A DNA stretch of 61,313 bases, taken from IMG/VR virus record IMGVR_UViG_3300005099_000009, positions 1-61,313 of that record, one strand, 5' to 3'. A program made the position numbers and the translations under genes. How positions within the stretch are numbered: the first letter of the stretch is position 1; each line of letters begins with the position of its first letter. Origin of the DNA: a virus. Its lineage: Duplodnaviria > Caudoviricetes. Shown in pieces: positions 53,553-61,313 of this stretch. The notes under the pieces were generated by a model, which was not told the origin of the DNA, made no database searches, and saw only the letters and a program-made list of their open reading frames with translations.

Positions 53553-54201
53553 GTGCCGGGCCCTGCGGATCGGGAAGGTGCCCAGCCCCAAGCAATTACG
53601 GGCCTTCTACAACGCCATCGCCAAGGAGCCCGGCTACCAGGAGGCGATGTGCCGCGAGCCCCACCAGAAGGCGCGGCTGGCTCGCATCAAGGAGCTTTTG
53701 ACCGTCATCCTGCCCTTCGCGCCGAGGGTGCTGGAGTGGGGCTGCGCGGACGGGCTGCTGACGCGCTGGCTGGCGGAGCGCGCCGACTGGGTGGTGGCCA
53801 TAGACTGGGCCAGGCCCTGCATCGAGCGCTGCCGGAAGCTGGGGCTGAGGAACGTGGGGTGGTTCTGCGGCTCGCTGGAGGCTTATGAGAGGAAGGCGTT
53901 GGCCGAGGAGTACGACGGCTTCGACTTGGCGGTGGCGAGCCAAGTCTTGGAGCACTGCCTCGACCCCGTGGCCGAGGTGAGGAGGCTGGCTAGGCTGGCG
54001 GGCGGGATACTCGCCAGCGTGCCCATCGCCGAGGAGCCCAACCCGGACGCCTTCAGCTTGGAGGCGCGCCGCAACCCCAAGAAGCCGGGCGACGGCAGCG
54101 GCCACATCTGGTGCTTCCGGCCCGACACGTTCAGGGCGCTGTTCAGGGAGGTCTGGTGGTACGAGGACAACGGGATAGACGCCATCATCCTTGGAAGATG
54201 A
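53533..54201 (+). CDS. Class I SAM-dependent methyltransferase
   Basis: VLEWGCADG, FDLAVASQVLEH. Confidence 0.88.
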   Translation: MDLSGAECRALRIGKVPSPKQLRAFYNAIAKEPGYQEAMCREPHQKARLARIKELLTVILPFAPRVLEWGCADGLLTRWLAERADWVVAIDWARPCIERCRKLGLRNVGWFCGSLEAYERKALAEEYDGFDLAVASQVLEHCLDPVAEVRRLARLAGGILASVPIAEEPNPDAFSLEARRNPKKPGDGSGHIWCFRPDTFRALFREVWWYEDNGIDAIILGR

Positions 54202-54202
54202 G

Positions 54203-55015
54203 ATGCGCATAGGCTGGCTGCACGACTGGCGGCTGGAGGAGAGGCCGGGCGGGGCCCAGCTCACCAACGAGCTCATGATACGGGCCGCGCCGCCCTGGGC
54301 GGAGGTGGTGCGTTGCTGGCCCGGCGGGATGAGGCCCGCCGACGCCTACATCCTCAACAACGTCAAGCGCTTCTCGCAGGAGGAGCTGGAGGCGGCCTGC
54401 TCCCGGCCTTACGTCAAGTACGAGCACGACTACTGGGACTGCCCGCAGCCTTGGCAGCGGGAGTGGATCGGGCCGGTCTACGCCGGGGCGCGGGGCGCGC
54501 TGTTCCTCTCGCCGCTGCACAGGGACAGCTTCTTGAGGCTGAGCGGGGTGCGGCCCAAGCGCATGGCCTGCGTGCCTTCGCCGATAGACGTGGAAACTTT
54601 CCGAGCCGCCCGGCGGAGAGCGGGCAAGCGGCGCGGCGTGGTCTGGCTGGGCGAGTTCCAGCCCCACAAGGGCGTGATGGAGGCTTGCCGCTGGGCGGCG
54701 CGCCACGAGCCGGTGGACTTCTACGGCTGGGGGCCGCTGAAGCCCTTCGGGCCGGGCGTGAGGTTCCTGGGGCGTTTGCCCTGCGAAAGGGTGCCCGGCG
54801 TTCTGGCGCGCTACGAGAAGCTGTTGTTCTTGCCCAGGTGGCCGGAGCCTTTCGGCAGGGTAGTGGCGGAGGCAAAGCTGGCGGGCTGCGAGCTAATCTG
54901 CAGCCCGAACGTGGGCGCTCTTTCTTGGGGCTGGAGGACGCTGGAGGAGTGGGAGGAGGGCGTGGGCGAGGCCCCACAGCGCTTCTGGCAGGTCATGAAG
55001 GAATGGCTGTCCTGA
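54203..55015 (+). CDS. GT-B (GT4-like) glycosyltransferase
   Basis: GGAQ, HKG, PEPFGRVVAEA (EX7E). Confidence 0.85.
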   Translation: MRIGWLHDWRLEERPGGAQLTNELMIRAAPPWAEVVRCWPGGMRPADAYILNNVKRFSQEELEAACSRPYVKYEHDYWDCPQPWQREWIGPVYAGARGALFLSPLHRDSFLRLSGVRPKRMACVPSPIDVETFRAARRRAGKRRGVVWLGEFQPHKGVMEACRWAARHEPVDFYGWGPLKPFGPGVRFLGRLPCERVPGVLARYEKLLFLPRWPEPFGRVVAEAKLAGCELICSPNVGALSWGWRTLEEWEEGVGEAPQRFWQVMKEWLS

Positions 55016-55126
55016 AGGAGCTGAGGCGGTTCTTGGCTTGGCTGGACGCTCGCATGGCGCGGGAGCGCGACGCCGACGTGGTCGCCGCGTTGAGCGAGGT
55101 CTACGCCTGGCTGGCGAGGCTGATCT

Positions 55127-55501
55127 ATGAGGCGCAACTGGAGCAAGCACAGGGTCAAGGTCGAGCTCGACTTGGGCAAGCTGAGGCAGGTGAAGGGCGC
55201 GGCGAGGGAGCTCGTCGCCGAGCGCCTGGAGGAGGGCGCGGAGCGCATAAAGCAGGGGGCCAGGCGCCTCTGCCCCAAGCGCACGGGCCGCACGGCGCGC
55301 TCCATTGACAAGATCAGGGAGGGCGATCTTAGCTGGGTCGTAACGCATGGCGTCGGCGATCCCGAGCGTGGCCCCATCGGCATGTTCTTGGAGCTGGGTA
55401 CGCGCCGCATGGCTCCCCGGCCCCACTTGGTTCCCGCCCTTGAAGCCGAGAAGCCGGAGCTAATCAAGGACATTGAGACGGTGTTCGAGATGATGCGCTG
55501 A
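55127..55501 (+). CDS. HK97 gp10-like tail completion protein
   Basis: A...CP.RTG....SI, FLELGTRRMAPRPHL.PA. Confidence 0.85.
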   Translation: MRRNWSKHRVKVELDLGKLRQVKGAARELVAERLEEGAERIKQGARRLCPKRTGRTARSIDKIREGDLSWVVTHGVGDPERGPIGMFLELGTRRMAPRPHLVPALEAEKPELIKDIETVFEMMR

Positions 55502-55573
55502 GGGCGTAGCTCAATCCGGCAGAGCGCCGGTCTCCAAAACCGGCGGTTGCAGGTTCGAGTCCTGCCGCCCTTG
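55500..55573 (+). tRNA. tRNA-Trp (CCA)
   Basis: Acceptor GAGGGCG/CGCCCTT, anticodon arm CCGGT-CTCCAAA-ACCGG, T arm GCAGG-TTCGAGT-CCTGC, G discriminator, no encoded CCA. Confidence 0.9.
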
Positions 55574-55609
55574 CTCATCGAATCCAAAGAGTGTAGGGAG
55601 GCTAAAGCA

Positions 55610-57457
55610 TTGAAAGGCTTATTGTTGCGAGCGCTGCTTGTGTTTCTGTTGACTGTGGGATCGTTCATAGCTCAGGGGCTCACCGTGGTCAGGCCGAACG
55701 AAATCAGCGTCTTGACCTACCGCACCCTTCCGGCCTATCAGGAGGAAATGGGCTACATCGCCGAGCCGGGCATCTATTTGACCGACCCCTTTGCGGAGCG
55801 GATCACCCTGAAGTCCAGCATCCGATGGCCCACGACCCGCGACTACCTCGACGCCGCGCTGCTGGCCGACGGGCTGCGGGACTTCTGGTACGAGGAAGAG
55901 GGGCCGCAAAACCCGCAGTCCAAGGAGGAGGTCCTCCAGATGGTGGAGGACGTCAAGCCCTACATCAACGCTTACACCGAGGCCATCGGAAGGCCCGTGG
56001 CGGTGGACGAGGTAGTCTTCTTCTGGCCCGAGAAGGGAAGCGGCAGGTACGACTTGCCGATCGCGTATTACTGCTACATCCGCCGCCATATCGCCGTCAA
56101 CATGGCCTTCTTCCGGGAGTACATGAGGGGCGACGACAGCTTCTTGGCCACCCTCGTCCACGAGATGTCGCACTCTGCCCTGAACTTCATGACGGGGGAG
56201 AGCCTCTGCCAGCTCCTGACGTTGCAGGTGCTCTACGACATGGCGGAGGACGGGTATCCCGGCGCCCGCTTCGCCTTCTGGGACGAGCTGCGCTCCTGGT
56301 TCATCTGCGCGGCCCGCTACCGCGTATACTACAACCACGGCTGGCGGGCGCTGAGCATCGGGCAGGCGCGCGCCATCGGCCAAGAGCTCAGGTGGTACCA
56401 CGAGAAGCAAGAAGAGAGGCTTCCCGTCGGCTGGGCGACGCACGATTTCGGCTTGTATTTGCCCTCCATAGGTCGCCAGCTTTACTGGGCATTGACGGGG
56501 CATCCCTACATCCTCGACCTCGAAAGCCTCGACAGGAGCCCCTTCGTGGCCCTGACGAAGGCTGTGGTGAATTGGGAGTATGGCTTGCGCGTTGAGGGCT
56601 TCCACATTCGCCCCGCCAGGCTGCTGCGCAAGATGGGCGTCAGCTATGGCCTTTTGCGCCGGATATTCGGCCCGAATTACTGGAGCATCGACTGGGCAAT
56701 CGTTCGGGGTGAAAGGGATGACTTAGATTTCTATCTCAACCTGATTTATAAGGGCGAATACGTTCACAAGAGGGAGTTCGAGGCCAAGCTGAGGGAGGAT
56801 TTCGAGCACTTTGCCCCGATCTGGTGGGAGTACCTGTACGGCCCGCTCCAAGTGATCGAGATGAAGGGCGCGGGGATGCCTTGCAGGTACGTCACTTGGA
56901 CGACCGACATCAACGACATTTTGGCAGGAGGGGACTTCGCCATCATTCTCTCTTTCTACTTCGGCTTCGGGGCCAAGATTTCGGAGATGACCTTCGAGGA
57001 CGTTGGGCCCGTCATCTGGCGGCTTTTGGACGTCAAGCTGACGCCGCAGGTCGAAAGGCGCGAGGGCGGATATGAGGAGATCGTGCCCTTCATCGTCGAG
57101 ATGCCCCCTGAGCAGCCGCGCGTCCGAGTGTTCCCTACTGCTCCGCTGGTGGGCCTTGTTGTTGTGTCCGTGGACTGGAAGTTGAGGAAGCGGAGATGGA
57201 ACAAGGCCATGAAGGAACTCCTCTGGCATTACTTCATCAATGTCTGCATTGCGGTTGACCAATTCTTCAACGCGCTGTTCTTCGGCGACCCAGACGAGAC
57301 CATTTCCAGCAGGCTGGGGAAGTTCAAGAATCGCGTTGCTCCCTACGGCTGGATTTGCTGGCTGTTGGACTTCATTGACCCTGGGCATTGCGAGAAGGCG
57401 ATCGAGCCGGATGAGGGCAAGGACCAACTTGCGCCGTTCAAGCGAGAAGAGCATTAG
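55610..57457 (+). CDS. Membrane-anchored HEXXH metallopeptidase-like protein with in-frame C-terminal small domain
   Basis: GGGAGG SD before TTG; N-terminal signal/TM; LVHEMSH...E; TM plus KLRKRR; then DQ..N..GDPDETISSR..HC from 57209. Confidence 0.6.
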   Translation: MKGLLLRALLVFLLTVGSFIAQGLTVVRPNEISVLTYRTLPAYQEEMGYIAEPGIYLTDPFAERITLKSSIRWPTTRDYLDAALLADGLRDFWYEEEGPQNPQSKEEVLQMVEDVKPYINAYTEAIGRPVAVDEVVFFWPEKGSGRYDLPIAYYCYIRRHIAVNMAFFREYMRGDDSFLATLVHEMSHSALNFMTGESLCQLLTLQVLYDMAEDGYPGARFAFWDELRSWFICAARYRVYYNHGWRALSIGQARAIGQELRWYHEKQEERLPVGWATHDFGLYLPSIGRQLYWALTGHPYILDLESLDRSPFVALTKAVVNWEYGLRVEGFHIRPARLLRKMGVSYGLLRRIFGPNYWSIDWAIVRGERDDLDFYLNLIYKGEYVHKREFEAKLREDFEHFAPIWWEYLYGPLQVIEMKGAGMPCRYVTWTTDINDILAGGDFAIILSFYFGFGAKISEMTFEDVGPVIWRLLDVKLTPQVERREGGYEEIVPFIVEMPPEQPRVRVFPTAPLVGLVVVSVDWKLRKRRWNKAMKELLWHYFINVCIAVDQFFNALFFGDPDETISSRLGKFKNRVAPYGWICWLLDFIDPGHCEKAIEPDEGKDQLAPFKREEH

Positions 57458-57472
57458 GATTTAACCTTTGGA

Positions 57473-57712
57473 ATGGCTTATGTCAGGATTGACTTGGACA
57501 GGATCGGCGAGCTGCACAGGCAGGGCGCGGTGCGCAAGCTGGTCACGGAGGAGCAGCGCCGCGCCAACCGCGAGCGCTCCTTGGCGGCCCGGAGGAAGTA
57601 CTTGGCCCAGGGCAACGCTTGGGGATACCGCACGCTCGACCTGATGCAGAAGCGCGAGGCCAAGCGCCGCCAAAGGCGCGCCCAGCGCCGCCATAAGCGG
57701 AAGATGCGATGA
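57473..57712 (+). CDS. Basic hypothetical protein
   Basis: R/K-rich; ATGA overlap with next gene. Confidence 0.5.
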   Translation: MAYVRIDLDRIGELHRQGAVRKLVTEEQRRANRERSLAARRKYLAQGNAWGYRTLDLMQKREAKRRQRRAQRRHKRKMR

Positions 57713-58113
57713 ACGCTTTGGAGAAAGCCCTTTACAGCAAGCTGACGAGCGACGCCGACCTCGTGAACAAGCTGGGGGGGACTCGCGTCTACAACCAGAT
57801 CATCCCGCAGGAGGCCTCGCTGCCCGCCGTGGTCTTCAGCCTGGCGGGAGGGGGCTACGAGAACGTCGCCCCCAAGGACGCCCAGAACGTGCTCTACCTC
57901 GTCAAGGCCGTCTCGAAATCTAGCCTGAAGGAGGCGGGCGAGATAGACGAGCTCGTTTCGGATTGCCTGCATAGGCAGTCGCTCGACGTCGAGGGCTGGG
58001 GCGTGTTCTGGCTGAGGCGGGAGGCCGCCGTGCGCTACGTGGAGGTCGGACCGGGCGGCGAGACGTACTACCACGCAGGGGCCAACTACCGTATTCGGAT
58101 GGAGAAGGAGTGA
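57709..58113 (+). CDS. Tail terminator (DUF3168/gp17-like)
   Basis: ALY..L..DA.L....G.RVY....P....LP.VVF; synteny. Confidence 0.8.
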   Translation: MNALEKALYSKLTSDADLVNKLGGTRVYNQIIPQEASLPAVVFSLAGGGYENVAPKDAQNVLYLVKAVSKSSLKEAGEIDELVSDCLHRQSLDVEGWGVFWLRREAAVRYVEVGPGGETYYHAGANYRIRMEKE

Positions 58114-58422
58114 ATGGATTGGTTACTTTCAGCGATGAGTGCCTTGATGCTTTGGCTTATGGGCAACCATAGCCGGTGGGGGCCCGCTCTAGGACTCTGC
58201 AATCAGGTTCTCTGGATGTTCTATGCAGTCTCTAGGCGTCAATGGGGGCTTTTGCCAGGGATTGCACTTTATACGCTGATTCATTTGAGGAATCTTAAGC
58301 GTTGGTGGCAGGGGGGGAAGAGAGTTAATGAGGTCAACGGCGAGCGCGTACCAATTGCACAAAGCGGTCAAAAAGCGCATGCGTCAAAGAAATCCTTCTC
58401 TCAGTGCGCAGCTTTCTCATGA
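58114..58422 (+). CDS. Small PnuC-like membrane protein (lower GC)
   Basis: DW.......LWLMG...WG..LG..NQ.LW..YA....W pattern. Confidence 0.5.
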   Translation: MDWLLSAMSALMLWLMGNHSRWGPALGLCNQVLWMFYAVSRRQWGLLPGIALYTLIHLRNLKRWWQGGKRVNEVNGERVPIAQSGQKAHASKKSFSQCAAFS

Positions 58423-58542
58423 GAAGATAATCGAGTTGATGGATAGGCTTTCAAAGAAGATAGCCGACAGAGTTCCTTTTGAGACTTGGCAAGAGGCGAT
58501 GGCTTCCATCCGAGATAGGACATAGCATAAGGAGGTGGAGCT

Positions 58543-58665
58543 ATGGAGCCAGCGGTGCGCAAGAGGCTGGAGGAGCTGGAGCGCAAGGTCGAGGAACTGG
58601 AGCGACAGCTGAAGGAGATGAGGGCCAAGTGCGCGCGCAAGCGCAAGGCCAAGGAGGGGAAGTGA
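58543..58665 (+). CDS. Small coiled-coil peptide (40 aa)
   Basis: AAGGAGG SD; MEPAVRKRLEELERKVEELERQLKEM...; not in ORF track. Confidence 0.55.
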   Translation: MEPAVRKRLEELERKVEELERQLKEMRAKCARKRKAKEGK

Positions 58666-58885
58666 CGGACTGGGCCGGCGATGACTGGAGATACTGGTAT
58701 CCCGCTGAAGCCCAGACCACTTCAGCGGAACGAGGCCCCCGCCCTAGGGGGACGCCCCGAAGAGCGGAGACCCCGCGCCGCTTGGGCGGGGGCCTGACGG
58801 GAAGGCGGGTTGGTGGCATCGCGGGGGCCACGGGCTAATTCGGCGGAATCGGGAAAAATTTTCCGCTTTCAAGGAGGTGTGAGAG

Positions 58886-59281
58886 ATGGCTCGCTATACG
58901 GGCAAGGATCTGCACGTGGAATTCGGCGGCACCGACCTTTCGGGCGACTTCCGTACCTTGGAGGTGACCGAGAGCATCGACATCGTGGACGCCAGCGCCG
59001 GGAGCGACACCCACAAGGAGAAGCTCACCGGCCAAGAGGACTGGACGGCCACCCTCACCATCTTGGACACCACGGACGGTTCGACCATCTGGGAGGCCGT
59101 GGACAAGGGCACCGAGGGCACGCTGACTTGGTACCCGCAGGGCACGGCCAGCGGCAAGCCCAAGCACTACGGCAAGTGCATCGTCAGCGAGCGGAGCCGC
59201 AACTTCCCCTACAACGACGTGGTGGAGATCACGGTCACCTTCGAGGGCAACGGGGTGGTAACCGACACGACGGTCTCCTAA
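58886..59281 (+). CDS. Major tail (tube) protein
   Basis: AAGGAGG SD; G..DW.AT, YP.G..SG.P...G; upstream of chaperone and TMP. Confidence 0.8.
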   Translation: MARYTGKDLHVEFGGTDLSGDFRTLEVTESIDIVDASAGSDTHKEKLTGQEDWTATLTILDTTDGSTIWEAVDKGTEGTLTWYPQGTASGKPKHYGKCIVSERSRNFPYNDVVEITVTFEGNGVVTDTTVS

Positions 59282-59306
59282 ACCGTGACGTAGGAGGCAA
59301 CGGGAC

Positions 59307-59669
59307 ATGACTGAGAAGAAGCTCCTCACCAGGGAGGAGATACTCTCCCTCGACGACAGACCCACAGAGCTCGTCTATGTGGAGGAGTGGGGCGGCTGGG
59401 TGCGCGTCCGGGGGATGGGCGCGGGCGAGCGCTTCGACTTCCTGCAGGAGGTGCGGCGCCCCGATGGCCAAGTGGACGCCAAGGCCCTCAGCATCAAGGC
59501 CGTCCTGCGCTACGTGGTGGACGAGGAGGGCCGGCCCCTCTTCAAGGAGGAGGACTACGACGCCCTCTGCCAGAAGTCGCCCCAAGCCATAGATACCATC
59601 GTGGCGGTTTGGGGCCGGCTTTCGGGCATACAGCCCGGCGCGGTGGCCGAGGCGCGAAAAAACTCCTGA
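59307..59669 (+). CDS. Tail assembly chaperone (G)
   Basis: V.EWGG.V.VR, VVDEEG..LF, ends ARKNS*. Confidence 0.88.
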   Translation: MTEKKLLTREEILSLDDRPTELVYVEEWGGWVRVRGMGAGERFDFLQEVRRPDGQVDAKALSIKAVLRYVVDEEGRPLFKEEDYDALCQKSPQAIDTIVAVWGRLSGIQPGAVAEARKNS

Positions 59670-59893
59670 ACGAGGGCGAGCTGTACCTGCAGTTCGCCCT
59701 AGCCGAGATCCTAGGCATGACCGTGGGCGAGCTCCGGCGGCGCATGAGCAGCTTGGAGTTCACCTACTGGCAGGCCTACCTCGACTTGCGCCAGAGGGTG
59801 ATGGAGCAGAAGTCTCGCAAGCCCAAGTGGAGTATAGCCCAAATCTTAGAGTGGCTGCGCGAGGCGGAGAAGCTGAGCAGGAGCAAGGCTTAG
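59307..59893 (+). CDS. Tail assembly chaperone GT via programmed -1 frameshift
   Basis: Slippery A AAA AAC at 59657-59663; -1 frame continues LA..LGMTVGEL..RMSS.EF..W.AY. Confidence 0.85.
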
Positions 59894-59902
59894 GAGCGTA
59901 AT

Positions 59903-61313
59903 GTGGTCGGGACGGAGATCGCCAGGCTTTACGCCAGCATAGGGGCGGACATAAGCGGCTTGGAGCGCGGCTTGGAGCGGGCCGAGACGCGCCTGCAGAA
60001 GGCGGCCGCGGCCATGCAGGGCACGGGCGCGGTCCTGAGCGGGGCCCTGACCGCGCCCCTCATGGCCGCCAGCGGCGCGGCGGCCAAGCTGGCCGTGGAT
60101 TTCGACGCCCAGCTGCGCAACATACAGTCCATCGGACGCCAGACGGAGGCCCAGCTGCAGGCTTTGGGCCAAACCTTCATCACGATGTCCGCCGACATCA
60201 CCAAGACGACCGACTCGGCCGTCAACCTGGCTGCGGCCTTCTACGACATCCAGGGCTCCGGCTTCGCCGGGGCGGACGCGATGAAGGTCCTGGAAGCCAG
60301 CACCAAGGCCGCCAGCGCGGGCCTCACCACCACCGAGGTGGCGGCGGGGGCCCTGTGCGCCTCGCTCAACGCTTACGGCGAGAGCGCCGACCGGGCGCGG
60401 GCCTTCTCGGACGTGCTCTTCCGCGTGGTGGACGTGGGCGTGGGCACCTTCGAGGAGCTGAGCCACTCGCTGGGCTACGTGGTCGGCTCGGCTGCCCAGG
60501 CGGGCGTGAGCTTCGAGGAGGTGGGCGCGGCCCTCGCCACCATGTCGAAGCAGGGCATCGAGTTCTACAAGGGCGCCCGGGCCTTGAACATGCTCATCTT
60601 GGCGCTCATAGATCCCTCGGATGAGCTCGCGGACGCGCTCAAGTCCATCGGCTACGAGTCGGGCCAAGCGGCCATAGACGCCCTTGGCCTGGCGGGCACG
60701 CTCCAAGCCTTGGAGGAGGCGGGCTACGGCGGCACGGAGCAGATGGCGAAGCTGGGCTTCTCCTCCATGGCCCTGCGTGCCGCACTGGCGCTCACGGGCA
60801 AGGGCGCGGAGATGTTCGCTGGGGACTTAGAGGCCATGCGCCGCGCCAGCGAGGGCGCTGGGGCCACCCAGGAGGCCTTCGCTATCCAGACCCAGAGCGT
60901 GGCCGCGCAAATGGCGAACGCGCGCAACAAGCTGGAAGCCTTGGCCTTGGGCTTCGGTCAGCTGCTCCTCCCGGCCATCACCGACGCGTTGGACTGGGCC
61001 GGGCGCTGGCTGGACTACCTCAACAGCCTGGACGAGTCCACCAAGCGCTGGGTCGCGACCACGGCGGGGATTGCCGCCGCCGTCGGCCCCGGCCTCATCG
61101 CCCTGGGCAAGCTCGCAAGCGCCGCGGACAGGCTGAGCAGCCTCTTCCGTAGCGCCCAAGAGCGCGCCCTGGAGAAGATAGGGGCCATCAAGCGGGAGGC
61201 CGACGTGGACCTCGCCGCGGCCTCCAGCGCCGGCAAGCTCGCCGCGGCCCTGGGCGGCGCGGGAGGGCTGGCCGCGGCCTTCGGGGCCGTGGGCGCGGCC
61301 GCGGCCTATCTCA
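59903..61313 (+). CDS. Tape measure protein, TP901 family (partial, runs off window)
   Basis: AGGAG SD, GTG start; IARLYASIGAD.., DFDA..., A/G/L-rich; absent from ORF track because it has no stop in the window. Confidence 0.92.
   Translation, partial: MVGTEIARLYASIGADISGLERGLERAETRLQKAAAAMQGTGAVLSGALTAPLMAASGAAAKLAVDFDAQLRNIQSIGRQTEAQLQALGQTFITMSADITKTTDSAVNLAAAFYDIQGSGFAGADAMKVLEASTKAASAGLTTTEVAAGALCASLNAYGESADRARAFSDVLFRVVDVGVGTFEELSHSLGYVVGSAAQAGVSFEEVGAALATMSKQGIEFYKGARALNMLILALIDPSDELADALKSIGYESGQAAIDALGLAGTLQALEEAGYGGTEQMAKLGFSSMALRAALALTGKGAEMFAGDLEAMRRASEGAGATQEAFAIQTQSVAAQMANARNKLEALALGFGQLLLPAITDALDWAGRWLDYLNSLDESTKRWVATTAGIAAAVGPGLIALGKLASAADRLSSLFRSAQERALEKIGAIKREADVDLAAASSAGKLAAALGGAGGLAAAFGAVGAAAAYL

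Noticed and set aside
55003-55308. Extra ORF MAVLKELRRFLAW...
   Set aside because: Plausible start but overlaps the gp10-like gene by ~180 bp and its C-terminus reads as off-frame sequence; not supportable
55500-55573. tRNA as amber suppressor for the repressor TAG
   Set aside because: Anticodon is CCA (reads UGG), not CUA
58700-58810. Hammerhead ribozyme
   Set aside because: CTGAAGC and CTGACGG do not match CUGANGA and no correctly placed GAAA was found
1-61313. Genome-wide TAG reassignment
   Set aside because: Many well-tiled genes end at TAG (167, 1481, 2996, 43378, 50262) with the next gene starting immediately

Overview
The window is an apparently near-complete, GC-rich siphovirus-type (Caudoviricetes) genome that opens and closes inside the tape-measure gene (C-terminus at 3-167, N-terminus at 59903-61313). 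Layout: tail tip and putative lysis genes (173-11328, +); two XRE repressors (-), one with an in-frame TAG; a ~21.6 kb early region transcribed inward from two near-identical sigma70 promoters (12527 +, 34192 -), with Rad52-like annealase, replication initiator plus internal ori, RecU-like resolvase, PD-(D/E)XK nuclease and FtsK ATPase; then a late arm with separately encoded sigma-4 and sigma-2 domains, a lower-GC 7-deazaguanine DNA-modification cluster (queD, queE, folE, dpdA-like, ParB-like, queC), terminases, portal, MuF-like protein, protease-scaffold-capsid polyprotein, glycosyltransferases in the neck module, tRNA-Trp, and tail genes with a -1 frameshift chaperone. No integrase, DNA polymerase, reverse transcriptase or CRISPR array is visible. 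Best candidates for new biology: (1) a head-module Pol-beta nucleotidyltransferase plus methyltransferase-ligase-LigD phosphoesterase fusion, split by an antisense HNH cassette; (2) a two-gene, reverse-order ECF-like sigma factor; (3) an FtsK/TraB plus Spd-like membrane module; (4) several large structured intergenic RNAs and repeated hairpin cassettes. All calls come from reading motifs by eye; no searches, folding or GC computations were run. A Chloroflexota-like host is only a tentative inference.
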